From Bacteroidia bacterium (GTDB lineage: Bacteria > Bacteroidota > Bacteroidia > JADZBD01), in contig JAGVMA010000068.1 in NCBI GenBank assembly GCA_020054095.1, positions 77,955 to 141,954 on the forward strand: a DNA stretch of 64,000 nucleotides, written 5' to 3'. The number at the start of each line of letters is the position of its first letter. Position 1 is the stretch's first letter. A model generated the notes under the pieces. That model saw nothing but the letters and a program-made list of their open reading frames with translations. It was not told where the DNA came from and did no database searches. A program made the translations under genes and the position numbers. This document shows positions 27,149 through 37,095 of the stretch, piece by piece.

Positions 27149-29642
27149 TGCCAAAATTCAGATTAGTTCTTTTCAGTGGCTGCTTGTTAAATGTCCAGCG
27201 GCTGCCTTGTTCCAGTGCAGGGTCTTTAATGGGCACGGCAGCATCAAAACGGATAATGAAAAAACTGAAATCTAACCTTATTCCTAATCCTGCACCAATT
27301 GCTATTGCATCTAATGTAGAAAAATTGAATTTAAAATCTGCTCCCGGGCGATTGGGGTCGGGTTTTCTTATCCAAATATTTCCGGCATCAATAAATGCTG
27401 CAGCGTTTAACACTTTAATAATATTGAATCTGTATTCTAAATTGGCTTCAAACTGGTTATCGCCCACTTTGTCAAAATTGGTTTGTGATGGATCGAAAAA
27501 GCTACCCGGCCCAAGTGTGCGAGCTTTCCATGCGCGCATGCCATTAGGTCCACCACCAAAAAAACTTTTCTCTAAAGGTAACTCTCGTAAGTTGTGTAAT
27601 GGTTTTCCCACACCGGCATACATGCGACACACTATTGAGTTGCTTTCGTCAAGAATAAAATATTTCCGGAAGTCAAAATCGGCACGTAAATATTGTGCAA
27701 ATCTTACACCGCCTATTGTGTAGCTGTTTTCTTCTTTTGGCATGGGTGTTATCCAAGCATTCGATAGGTTGTAAATTCCTCTTAATATATTTCCCGAAGA
27801 CTCTAAGTTTGCTCTGAAAAAAACAAATCCTTTTTTCTTGTTAAGCGTTTGATTGGTGAAAATAAAATTGTAGCGCGTGTCGGTTAAAAAATGGTCGGAA
27901 TAACGATATACCAATAGCGGGTCGCTTGAGTTTTGGATAAACTCTTGAAATTCATCCGATGAGTTTACAAGTTTAATTAAGTTAACTTCAATTGGGTAAA
28001 ATGCATGGCGCTTAAATTGTGTTTCGCGCCAGTTGTAACCATACGATAATAAGAGTGAGGAGCGTGTGTAGTCTGGTCGTTGTTGATAATTATACGATGA
28101 TTTGAAAATTGTTTTTGGGTTAGCATTTTTAGAAACTCTCAATTTAAATGGAACCAAAAAACGAGGAATAGTTAGGTTTACCTCAGGGCCGAACTCAAGC
28201 GTGTTAAACGGAATAACGCTTTCGCTGATGATGTTATTATTTTCGTCTTTGTTCTCGGTAAGTGTTTTTTGTATCTCAAGACCTCCTTTAATTTTTATCT
28301 CAAATATTTCCGCACCTTTAAAAACATTTCGGTTTTGGTAACTGAAACTGCCCGATGTACCTAAGTTGCCACCTGTATTGGTACCATCGCCTTCAATTGT
28401 AAAGCTTTGTTTTAATATGGGCGCTAAGAGTATAACACAGTCTAATGTTTTGTCGCCATTATCTATGTACTGTATATTAATGAACTTAAATGCACGCATC
28501 TCTGATAACCGCTTGTATGACAATTCACCGTTATTGCTTTGGTACAATGCACCCGGACTTATAAATAAAGCATCGGTTATAACCTTTGGTTTATATGCAA
28601 AGCCCGATGATGTTAAAAAATAATAATCATTAAAAAGAATAGTATCTGATGGTGTTTTTTTAAGTTTCGGATTGTAATCAGTAGTTATAAATATCTGGTT
28701 GATGTAATACCTGTCGTGATTTTTTTCTTTCACAGAATCTTGTCCTTCTATTTTTATCGCTTGTTTTTTTATTCCGAGTTCTATGTTTACGGTATTGTTT
28801 TTTAACGAGCTGTCAATTCTATAATAGATATAATCTTTAGTAAAATAATAGTAGCCGTTATTGCGCAAATATTTAGTTATTCGTTCGCGCTCGTTTTGGA
28901 AAACATCCACATCGTAGTTCTTGCCCTTTTTTATAAGCGTATTTGCTGTATCACCAAAAACATAGTAAGCCAGAAGGTCGTCATCAATGCTGTATGTTAT
29001 GCTGTTTATTTTATAAGGTTTGCTCGGGCTGATGATGTAATAAACAGTTGCTTTTCTTTTTTTTACCGATACCGAATCTTTTACCGTGCTATTGAAATAA
29101 CCTTTGTTTTTCAAAAACATTTTTATCTGTTCGGTTGAGCGTTCTTTCAAACTCGAATCGTAAATAACCGGTGGTTCGCCAATAGACATAACCCACTCGC
29201 GCCAGGTTAACTTATCTTTGTCTTTTAGTTTCGGATTTTTAGGTGGCAGTTTTTTCTTGCGCTTGGTGTTTTGCACTTCGCGTTTCTGATTTTCAATCTG
29301 CGCTTTTTTTATTCGCTCGGTATTTATTTTATCGTAACGTAAATCGCGTTTGTATTTTTTGCGTTTTGTTCTGTCCTCATTAATAAGATTGTAAACATTT
29401 AAATAGAACCTGAATACTAATACTTTTCTATTTGGCTTTTGTTTTATATAGCCCTCAATTTCGGTCGGTTCCACATCAGGATTTAATTCAAATAGCGATG
29501 CCGAACGATCAATGATTTTATTTTTGAGCAATAATTGCTCGTCTTTTTTTACCTTTTTTAGTGTGTTACATCCCGAAGCAAAAAACAGCAATAGCACCGA
29601 AAAAAAAATGCTGATGGAGTGTTTAGTGGATGTTTTTTGCAT
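27132..29642 (-). CDS. Omp85 (BamA/TamA) family outer membrane protein
   Basis: The product is 836 aa with a signal or lipoprotein-like N-terminus (LLLFFASGCN). It has a POTRA-like N-terminal half and a C-terminal bacterial surface antigen (D15) barrel that ends in an aromatic residue (...NLNFGIGYPF). Confidence 0.8.
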   Translation of the reverse strand: MQKTSTKHSISIFFSVLLLFFASGCNTLKKVKKDEQLLLKNKIIDRSASLFELNPDVEPTEIEGYIKQKPNRKVLVFRFYLNVYNLINEDRTKRKKYKRDLRYDKINTERIKKAQIENQKREVQNTKRKKKLPPKNPKLKDKDKLTWREWVMSIGEPPVIYDSSLKERSTEQIKMFLKNKGYFNSTVKDSVSVKKRKATVYYIISPSKPYKINSITYSIDDDLLAYYVFGDTANTLIKKGKNYDVDVFQNERERITKYLRNNGYYYFTKDYIYYRIDSSLKNNTVNIELGIKKQAIKIEGQDSVKEKNHDRYYINQIFITTDYNPKLKKTPSDTILFNDYYFLTSSGFAYKPKVITDALFISPGALYQSNNGELSYKRLSEMRAFKFINIQYIDNGDKTLDCVILLAPILKQSFTIEGDGTNTGGNLGTSGSFSYQNRNVFKGAEIFEIKIKGGLEIQKTLTENKDENNNIISESVIPFNTLEFGPEVNLTIPRFLVPFKLRVSKNANPKTIFKSSYNYQQRPDYTRSSLLLSYGYNWRETQFKRHAFYPIEVNLIKLVNSSDEFQEFIQNSSDPLLVYRYSDHFLTDTRYNFIFTNQTLNKKKGFVFFRANLESSGNILRGIYNLSNAWITPMPKEENSYTIGGVRFAQYLRADFDFRKYFILDESNSIVCRMYAGVGKPLHNLRELPLEKSFFGGGPNGMRAWKARTLGPGSFFDPSQTNFDKVGDNQFEANLEYRFNIIKVLNAAAFIDAGNIWIRKPDPNRPGADFKFNFSTLDAIAIGAGLGIRLDFSFFIIRFDAAVPIKDPALEQGSRWTFNKQPLKRTNLNFGIGYPF

Positions 29643-29675
29643 CTGTTAATAAATTACTTTTGCTTTGCAAAGATA
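29635..29675. promoter_or_regulatory. compact divergent promoter pair (trmH-family gene / Omp85 gene)
   Basis: The plus strand has TACTTTTG at 29655-29662, and the minus strand has TATCTTTG at 29668-29675. They are joined through the perfect palindrome CTTTGCAAAG at 29663-29672. Confidence 0.45.
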
Positions 29676-29691
29676 GCATTTAGCAACGCGT

Positions 29692-30462
29692 ATGTTTACT
29701 AAAAATCAGGCCAAATTTATAAGCTCTCTCAAGTTGAAAAAAAACAGAGAAGAGTACGGTGTCTTTGTTGCCGAAGGCGTAAAAATTGTAAATGAAATTG
29801 TAAGCTCAGGCATTAAAATAAAACAAATTTTCTCGAGCAAAAATTTCCAGCTTTCACTTTTTAATTACGATATAGAAATTGTGCGGATTAAAGAAAGTGA
29901 ACTGAAAAAAATATCTTCGCTTACGAACCCTAATCAAGTGTTGGCAGTTTGTGAAATACCAAAATATAAATTAGAAATAAGTTCATTAAAAGATAAGCTC
30001 ACTGTTGTTTTAGATGCTATACAAGACCCCGGAAATTTAGGAACTATAATAAGAATTGCCGATTGGTTTGGGGTGGATGATATTATTTGCTCTGAAGACA
30101 CTGTGGAAGTTTATAACCCGAAAGTTATACAATCAACAATGGGTTCAATTGCGCGTGTTAAAGTGCATTATAAAAACTTACCTGATTTTTTTGAGAAATT
30201 AAAATTTAAGTATCCGCAATTGAATGTTTACGGAGCGTTACTTGACGGTGAAAATATTTACAAACAAAAATTAGGTAAAGCCGGTGTGCTTGTTATTGGC
30301 AATGAATCGAAAGGTGTATCTGCCGAAGTACAAACTTATATCAATCATAAAATTAAAATACCACATGTGCCACACGAAGCAATTACTGATTTGAATAATG
30401 CTCCAGAATCGTTAAATGCGGCAACTGCCACTGCAATTATTTGTAATGAGTTTAGAAGATAA
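29692..30462 (+). CDS. TrmH/SpoU family RNA 2'-O-methyltransferase
   Basis: DAIQDPGNLGTIIRIADWFG, VIGNESKGVS and ESLNAATATAI are the three SpoU methylase motifs. Confidence 0.85.
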   Translation: MFTKNQAKFISSLKLKKNREEYGVFVAEGVKIVNEIVSSGIKIKQIFSSKNFQLSLFNYDIEIVRIKESELKKISSLTNPNQVLAVCEIPKYKLEISSLKDKLTVVLDAIQDPGNLGTIIRIADWFGVDDIICSEDTVEVYNPKVIQSTMGSIARVKVHYKNLPDFFEKLKFKYPQLNVYGALLDGENIYKQKLGKAGVLVIGNESKGVSAEVQTYINHKIKIPHVPHEAITDLNNAPESLNAATATAIICNEFRR

Positions 30463-30496
30463 CACAATAAATCACCTCCTATTCCGTTTGGATACT

Positions 30497-31921
30497 ATGC
30501 AACGCCAACGATTTAATATTGCTATAGCTTTTCTTTTTTTAGTTTTTCTTTTTACATCGTGCCTAAAAGATAAGCCCATCACAGATGTATCGGCAAAACT
30601 TAGCTTTTCTACTGATTCTATTTTGTACGACACCGTTTTTACAACTGTGGGCTCAACTACCAAGCGTTTTAAAGTTTATAATCGCCATGATAAACCCATT
30701 GTAATTTCTGATGTTCGCTTAGGTGGCGGAACTACATCATTTTTCAGATTTAATATTGATGGCACACCGGCAGTGAGTACCGGCAATATTGAAATTCCGG
30801 CTAACGATAGCATATTTTGTTTTGTAGAAGTTACGGTTGATCCTAATAATCAAAATAGTCCGCTTGTTATTCGCGATTCAGTACTTTTTACTACAAATGG
30901 AAATTTGCAAAAAGTAATTTTAGAGGCTTGGGGTCAGGATGCGTATTTTCATGTAGAAGAAGTTTTGTCGTGTAATCAAATTTGGACAAACGATAAGCCG
31001 CATGTGATTTATAGATACGCAATAATACCGTCAGGATGCTCGCTTACTATTAACCCGAACGTGCGGGTGCATATTCATAAAAATGCAGTGCTTGCTGCCG
31101 ATTCGGCTGCAACATTAATTGTTAATGGTACGCAAAACAACGAAGTGATTTTTCAGGGCGATAGATTAGATCCCGAATTTGCCGATGGGGCAGGGCAGTG
31201 GGGATATATATGGCTTTCGAGTTTGAGCAGAAACAGCCAAATAAACTGGGCAATCATTAAAAACGGAACCGTAGGGATTTTGTGCGACAACTTTACATTA
31301 ACTCCCAATCCTACTGTTACAATAAAAAATACGATAATAAAAAACATGTCGGCTGCTGCAGTGTGGGGGAGAGGAACTAAAATAGACGCTTATAATTGCG
31401 TTTTTGCAAACTGTGGTCAGTATGTGGCTGCGCTTACTTTGGGCGGTAGGTATAATTTTTATCATTGCACGTTTGCTAATTACAGTACAAGTTCCGGTGC
31501 TCGCCAGTTTTCTACGCTTGTGCTCAATAATTATTACGAAGACATCAATAGTGTTATACAGCTCCGCAATTTAGACAGTGCTAATTTTTACAATTGCATT
31601 ATTTATGGAGATGTGGACGATGAACTTTTGCTTGATAGTTTTAATAATCAGAGTGTGAATTTTAATTACAAATTTTATCATTGTGTTATTAAAACCACGC
31701 TCAATACATCGGGCAGCAATTATATTAGCTGCACAATTAATCAAGACCCTATGTTTGTTTCACCGGCAGGTAATAATTTCGAAATCAGTTCCACCTCATC
31801 GGCTATTAATAAAGGAAATTTGCAAGTGGTGAACTGGTACAATTTTTTGCTTAACACCGATTTGAAAAACGAACCCCGAAATGTGGATGCTGCTCCGGAT
31901 GCGGGAGCTTACGAGTATTAA
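30497..31921 (+). CDS. lipoprotein with right-handed beta-helix-like repeats
   Basis: ATG at 30497 (MQRQRFNIAIAFLFLVFLFTSC lipobox) is preferred over 30416. Repetitive N/G/I-rich segments and the C-terminal PDAGAYEY are typical of parallel beta-helix proteins. Confidence 0.5.
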   Translation: MQRQRFNIAIAFLFLVFLFTSCLKDKPITDVSAKLSFSTDSILYDTVFTTVGSTTKRFKVYNRHDKPIVISDVRLGGGTTSFFRFNIDGTPAVSTGNIEIPANDSIFCFVEVTVDPNNQNSPLVIRDSVLFTTNGNLQKVILEAWGQDAYFHVEEVLSCNQIWTNDKPHVIYRYAIIPSGCSLTINPNVRVHIHKNAVLAADSAATLIVNGTQNNEVIFQGDRLDPEFADGAGQWGYIWLSSLSRNSQINWAIIKNGTVGILCDNFTLTPNPTVTIKNTIIKNMSAAAVWGRGTKIDAYNCVFANCGQYVAALTLGGRYNFYHCTFANYSTSSGARQFSTLVLNNYYEDINSVIQLRNLDSANFYNCIIYGDVDDELLLDSFNNQSVNFNYKFYHCVIKTTLNTSGSNYISCTINQDPMFVSPAGNNFEISSTSSAINKGNLQVVNWYNFLLNTDLKNEPRNVDAAPDAGAYEY

Positions 31922-32739
31922 CTTTTTGTAAATGCGTTAACAGCTTTTCGCACACTTCCATGTTTTAGCAGCAGCCCATTTGCTTTTTTATAATTTATTT
32001 TTAGTTCACGCATAATCATAGTTGTGCCGCGATCAACTAATTTATTATTGCTTAGCTGCATGTCCACCATTTTGTTACCTTTTACTCTGCCCAGCTTTAC
32101 CATTACTGCCGTTGAAATCATATTAAGAACTAATTTTTGTGCCGTTCCTGATTTCATGCGTGTGCTGCCCGTAACAAATTCAGGCCCTACAATTATTTCT
32201 ATTTTATGCTTCGCATATTTTGCAACTTGTGTTTTTTCGTTGCAAGTGATGCAAGCGGTAGTTATTCTTTTTGCACTGCATTTTTTTAATGCTCCCACCA
32301 CATAAGGTGTACTGCCCGATGCCGCAATTCCAATCACAACATCTTTTGCGTTTATTTTGTGCTTCAGTAAATCTTTATAACCTTGCTCGGTATCATCTTC
32401 GGCAAATTCTACTGCTTTTCGTATTGCAGCATCGCCACCGGCAATTATGCCAATTACCAATCCGTGCGGAACACCATAAGTAGGCGGACATTCAGATGCA
32501 TCTACAATTCCTAATCTGCCACTTGTACCGGCTCCAATATAAAACAAGCGTCCGCCTTGTTTCATTTGCTTTACAATAATATTTACAAGTTTTTCTATTC
32601 TCGAAATATTTTTTTCAATTGAAAACGGAACTGTTTTGTCTTCGCGATTTATGTTTTTTAACAAGTCAGCCACTGTCATTTTTTCAAGTGCGTTGTATTT
32701 AGAATCTTGCTCAGTGGTTCGTTTATCAGGTTTTATCAT
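31918..32739 (-). CDS. murQ: N-acetylmuramic acid 6-phosphate etherase
   Basis: This is a SIS-domain protein. GAGTSGRLGIVDASECPPTYG and the length of 273 aa are characteristic of MurQ. Confidence 0.85.
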   Translation of the reverse strand: MIKPDKRTTEQDSKYNALEKMTVADLLKNINREDKTVPFSIEKNISRIEKLVNIIVKQMKQGGRLFYIGAGTSGRLGIVDASECPPTYGVPHGLVIGIIAGGDAAIRKAVEFAEDDTEQGYKDLLKHKINAKDVVIGIAASGSTPYVVGALKKCSAKRITTACITCNEKTQVAKYAKHKIEIIVGPEFVTGSTRMKSGTAQKLVLNMISTAVMVKLGRVKGNKMVDMQLSNNKLVDRGTTMIMRELKINYKKANGLLLKHGSVRKAVNAFTKS

Positions 32740-32750
32740 CTGTGAAAAAA

Positions 32751-35117
32751 TTATTCTTTATCTACTATTTCAATAAATTGTTTTAGAGTCTCTCCTTTTT
32801 CGTCAACCAAAGTTAACAAGTGTTTGCCAGCTTGTGGCGAAATTCCCATTTGATGAAAATCTTTTGTTTCGCCAATGTACTCGTTATCCAGGTGCCAATA
32901 AATAGTACACCCTTTTTTACGATGTGCTGCCTCAAAGACTGTTTTCCCACGCTTGCCATCTAATTCAAGCGGCACATATATTTTCGAAAATTGTTTTGGA
33001 TAAATTAATTCCATTGATTTTATGCCACTCCCTTCTGCACAATCGTTTCGCCAAGGCGGCAGTTCTTTATAAGTAGGATTTTTTGATTTGTAATACCATT
33101 CCATTGATGGCGGCAAAACAAGCCACGCTTTATGTTGCATTGCATTTGTATTCTCACAATCACTATTTACTCTGTATTTTCCTTCTTTATCTAAGTGTAC
33201 TATTTGGTGATAAGGGCATGGCTGTGTGTTTTCGCCACTCAGCTGAATCCAAGCGCTATCTGTATTCACACAAATTTCAGATGCTCTATAGCCACTCTCT
33301 TTGCAAATAATTTCTTTTCTCATTTCATCGAATGGTTTACTAAACCATCCGCTTGGTTTTAAAACATTAAAAATATCAAACATAATTGGTGCAGCAGTTT
33401 TTACTCCAACTAATTCAGGTCGTCCTTCGCCATCGGCATTTCCTACCCACACTGCTACCACATATTGCGGTGTAACGCCCACTGCCCATCCATCTCTAAA
33501 GCCAAAACTTGTTCCTGTTTTCCAAGCAACTTTTGATGACGATGAGAATTGCCGCCAGCTAATGTCTTCGTCAGGTCTCGATACTTCTACCATTGCATCG
33601 AAAGTTAAATAGATGGATGCTGCATCGTAAATTGCAGTTGGCGATATATCGGGTTGTAGCTTTTTATCTGACTGGAGATACTGTGGTGGATGAAAATCCT
33701 TTTTGTTGTATTTGCCATTGTGTTTTGTGAAATTATTTAGCGTACGTGCCATGCTTGCGTAGATGCCTGCAATGTCCCAAAGTTTTCCTTCAGCACCGCC
33801 AAGTATTAGTGATAACCCATAGTGATTAGCAGGAAAACTAATTGTGCTCATCCCTAATTTTTTTAACAAATAGTGAAACCGTTCTACACCATGTTCTTGA
33901 AGTAATTTTACAATTGGCACATTCAGCGATCGAGCCAATGCTCGCTTAGCAGGAATAGCACCATCGTAAGTTAAATTAAAATTTTTTGGGCTATAACCCG
34001 CAATTTGTGTAGGCACATCTGCTATCAATTGCGATGCAATTAATTCGCCATCGTTAAGCATCGCAGCAAATAAAAATGGTTTTAAAATACTACCGGTGCT
34101 TCTCGGTGCGTTAATAACATCCACATCGTTTCCGTTCTCAGCCGATTCATCTTTTGTGTTTCCGGTATATGCAAGCACATTTCCTGTTTCCACATTTAAA
34201 ACCAATGCAGCTATGTTGTTTATTTTATTTCCTATTAATTCTTTGTGGTGTTTTTCAACAATGTTATTTACGCGCAATTGTAATTCTAAGTTTATTGTTG
34301 TGTTTAGTAATTTTCCTTTTCCATTTTCTTTTACACTTCGGTTAAGTAAGTGAGGAGCATATTGCGGAAGCGGATAGGGCTTATCGGGCAGGGGCTCTTG
34401 CTGTGATAAAACAAGAGTTACAGAATCTATTTCGCCCGAAACAAATAACTGTTGCAGTAATCGGTTTCGTTTTTGAAAAAGTAAATCGCGGTTTTTACCC
34501 GGATGAATGAGTGATGGGCTGTTAGGCAAAACAGCCAATGTTGCCATTTCTCCCCACGATAGCTCAAACGGATTACGACCATAGTAACGCCATGCGGCAG
34601 CTTCCAATCCTACCACATTTGTTCCGAAGGGAGCATTACTTGCATATAAATTTAAAATCTCTTTTTTGCTGTGAGTTAACTCTATTCGTGTGGCCTGAAT
34701 AATTTCAAATAGTTTGTTAACTATCGTTCGCGATTTATTATTGCGCGCCATACGCATCACCTGCATGGTAATAGTGCTGCCACCGCTTATTGTTTTTCCT
34801 GAAAATATATTTTGTTTTATTGCACGTGCTATCGCAAGTGGGTTTACTCCGGGGTGATAGTAAAAATTTCGATCTTCAAATTGTACAATACATTTTTCAA
34901 ACTTCTTTGGTATCGAGTCACAAGTTGGAAAGCGCCACTGCCCATCGGCAGCAATTTGAGCACAAAGCAGTTTTCCGTCTTTATCTAATAATACGCTTGA
35001 TGTGCTTGTGCTAAATAAAACTGATGGGATGCAAAACCAATACCAAATCAAAAGCGCGGCAACAATACAAATTCTGCGGTGTTTTTTGTTTTTAAAAAAT
35101 GATATTGTTTTGTTCAA
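32751..35117 (-). CDS. pbpC: penicillin-binding protein 1C
   Basis: The GT51 motif is present (EDRNFYYHPGVNP ... GGSTITMQ), followed by the transpeptidase SxxK motif (STGSILKPF) and a long C-terminal extension. The length is 788 aa. Confidence 0.85.
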   Translation of the reverse strand: MNKTISFFKNKKHRRICIVAALLIWYWFCIPSVLFSTSTSSVLLDKDGKLLCAQIAADGQWRFPTCDSIPKKFEKCIVQFEDRNFYYHPGVNPLAIARAIKQNIFSGKTISGGSTITMQVMRMARNNKSRTIVNKLFEIIQATRIELTHSKKEILNLYASNAPFGTNVVGLEAAAWRYYGRNPFELSWGEMATLAVLPNSPSLIHPGKNRDLLFQKRNRLLQQLFVSGEIDSVTLVLSQQEPLPDKPYPLPQYAPHLLNRSVKENGKGKLLNTTINLELQLRVNNIVEKHHKELIGNKINNIAALVLNVETGNVLAYTGNTKDESAENGNDVDVINAPRSTGSILKPFLFAAMLNDGELIASQLIADVPTQIAGYSPKNFNLTYDGAIPAKRALARSLNVPIVKLLQEHGVERFHYLLKKLGMSTISFPANHYGLSLILGGAEGKLWDIAGIYASMARTLNNFTKHNGKYNKKDFHPPQYLQSDKKLQPDISPTAIYDAASIYLTFDAMVEVSRPDEDISWRQFSSSSKVAWKTGTSFGFRDGWAVGVTPQYVVAVWVGNADGEGRPELVGVKTAAPIMFDIFNVLKPSGWFSKPFDEMRKEIICKESGYRASEICVNTDSAWIQLSGENTQPCPYHQIVHLDKEGKYRVNSDCENTNAMQHKAWLVLPPSMEWYYKSKNPTYKELPPWRNDCAEGSGIKSMELIYPKQFSKIYVPLELDGKRGKTVFEAAHRKKGCTIYWHLDNEYIGETKDFHQMGISPQAGKHLLTLVDEKGETLKQFIEIVDKE

Positions 35118-35154
35118 GTAGCTAAATTAAAACACTATCAGTAAATAGTTGCTG

Positions 35155-35511
35155 TTAATATTGCCTGTTAGTCCTGCCTATATTAGTGAGAATAGAATTT
35201 ACAATTGAAAGCACAATACTGAATAAGAGTGCCCACCAAAAACTTCTAACACTAAAGCCATCCACTAATTTATCGGTAAGCATAATTATGCCTGCATTAA
35301 TTACAAGTAGAAATAAACCAAGCGTTACAACTGTAATAGGTATAGTTAAGATTATCATAATTGGTTTAAGGATGGAATTTAAAAAAGCCAAAACAGCAGC
35401 TACCACTATTGCAATAAGCACACTGTCGTTTTGCACTTCCACACCCGGCAAAAGCGCGGCAGTAATTATAACAGCTAAAGTTGATATGATAAGTTTGATT
35501 AAAAAATTCAT
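35155..35511 (-). CDS. small 4-TM membrane protein ('phage holin family IV'/YvlD-like)
   Basis: The product is 118 aa with four hydrophobic helices and the N-terminus MNFLIKLIISTLAVIITAALLPGVEV, typical of this widespread family. There is no prophage context. Confidence 0.6.
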   Translation of the reverse strand: MNFLIKLIISTLAVIITAALLPGVEVQNDSVLIAIVVAAVLAFLNSILKPIMIILTIPITVVTLGLFLLVINAGIIMLTDKLVDGFSVRSFWWALLFSIVLSIVNSILTNIGRTNRQY

Positions 35512-35521
35512 GACAATAAAA

Positions 35522-37075
35522 TTAATTAAAAATTGTTTTGCGCGATTGAGGTCGTTCTTTAAATCGGTTATTCATGTCTTTCAATATTAATTCTTCGGAC
35601 GGTATTTCATTTAAAGGATATAAAACCGCATCGGGCTTTTTTATGAAAGTGATTTTATCTATTTCACTGTCCTTCATTAGTATCAACATGTCTGTGCAGT
35701 CGGCTTTGTTTACGCCTATGTATTTTTCGCCCTCTTTAGCATAGTAAATTGATTGTCCATTACCTTCAATATATATTTTATGCAAATCGTTGTTTAAAAA
35801 ATAACCTCTTATTTTTTCGCCTTTTACTTGGTTAAATCGAGCGCTATCTTCTTCAGAAATAATAAATGCAGTATTGGTAAGCGTTATCAGTTTTATTTTT
35901 CCGTTTCTGGTTTGCAGTTCAATTTTTTCGGCCGTTAATTGATTTTTCTCCGACCACATTACCGGTTGTTTAAACAATTGCATGGTTGAGTCGGAATACA
36001 AATAGACCAATGAATCGCACTTGCCTTGTATGTCTGATTTGAAAAATTTAACATGATGGTAGGCAAACATAATTCGCTTTTTTAAATCGGGTATATTTTT
36101 TCCGGCACTGTCTTTTTTTAAATAAGTAGCGCGTAGTGTATCTGCATTTAGGGTTAATGTATCGTTGTCGTATAGCTGATTAAACAGCGCATGGCCGGTA
36201 ACAATTGAGTTTTCGTCTGTTTCATCGTATTCGGCATAATCGCCATTGATGATAATTTTTTGTACCGTGTCAATAATACTTATGTTTTTTATTGCTTTAC
36301 CAAATCTTTTTTTGCGATTATAATAAATACTATCACCTTTCAATTGCTGTCCGTTAGTGTTAATTACTGCATTCTTGTTAAACTGCGATATGTCCTTATC
36401 CGTGTCGTACCAGCCGTTTTCGCAATAGATAGTGTTTTCGTTACTTTTTATTTTTGTAGGGCCTAAAAAGTAGGCCACTTTTGTAAACGTATTATAGCGC
36501 AATGTGTCGCCCTCCATTGTGTATTGCGGATTAGTGAGCAGCACATTTTTTTTAAACGAAAATTCTTTGCTTTTAGAATTGTAATAGCCGTGTTCGCTTT
36601 TAAGTGTGTTTCCTTCGCTGTTTAATAATCCTCCATTGTGGTAACTTGCCGTGGATGTGTTTAAATCATAAGTAAGATAGTTGGTAGTTAAATTCATTCT
36701 GCGTTCGGTAAGCACCACATCTTTTTCTACTTCGGCAATTTTTTTTGAGCCATTGTATTTTAAATATTTACCGGTGAGTTGCATTGTATCGCCTTGTGTT
36801 ATGCGCACGTTACCAAATGCCTCTAACTCCTGCTTTTTGTCATTAAAGTAAGAACTGTCGCAGGTCATTATTACGTTTTCGTGTTTAAATTTTACACTGC
36901 CTTTTAAAAGTTTAGCTCCGCCTTTAATGTTTTTGTTGGATGTAATTTCTCCGGCTTCGTATTCTATTTTTTTCTTTTTTGGCTGCGTGTTTTTTTGCTG
37001 CGCTGAAATATTGCTAGAAAAAAAAACTGCCATAATCAACCCAAAAATAAAAATTAGCTGTGTGTTTTTTCGCAT
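35522..37075 (-). CDS. OstA/LptA-like domain protein
   Basis: A signal peptide is present. Repeated LKGSVKFKHENVIMTCD...AFGNVRITQGD segments resemble the OstA-like_N beta-jellyroll, duplicated along the 517 aa. Confidence 0.55.
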   Translation of the reverse strand: MRKNTQLIFIFGLIMAVFFSSNISAQQKNTQPKKKKIEYEAGEITSNKNIKGGAKLLKGSVKFKHENVIMTCDSSYFNDKKQELEAFGNVRITQGDTMQLTGKYLKYNGSKKIAEVEKDVVLTERRMNLTTNYLTYDLNTSTASYHNGGLLNSEGNTLKSEHGYYNSKSKEFSFKKNVLLTNPQYTMEGDTLRYNTFTKVAYFLGPTKIKSNENTIYCENGWYDTDKDISQFNKNAVINTNGQQLKGDSIYYNRKKRFGKAIKNISIIDTVQKIIINGDYAEYDETDENSIVTGHALFNQLYDNDTLTLNADTLRATYLKKDSAGKNIPDLKKRIMFAYHHVKFFKSDIQGKCDSLVYLYSDSTMQLFKQPVMWSEKNQLTAEKIELQTRNGKIKLITLTNTAFIISEEDSARFNQVKGEKIRGYFLNNDLHKIYIEGNGQSIYYAKEGEKYIGVNKADCTDMLILMKDSEIDKITFIKKPDAVLYPLNEIPSEELILKDMNNRFKERPQSRKTIFN

Positions 37076-37095
37076 CGGGGTATTGGCTGCAAAAA

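Noticed and set aside
35155-35511. A 'phage holin family' membrane protein as a hint of a prophage.
   Set aside because: No lysin, capsid, tail, integrase or att-like repeats are nearby. This 4-TM family is widespread in chromosomal envelope operons, and here it sits between OstA-like and pbpC.
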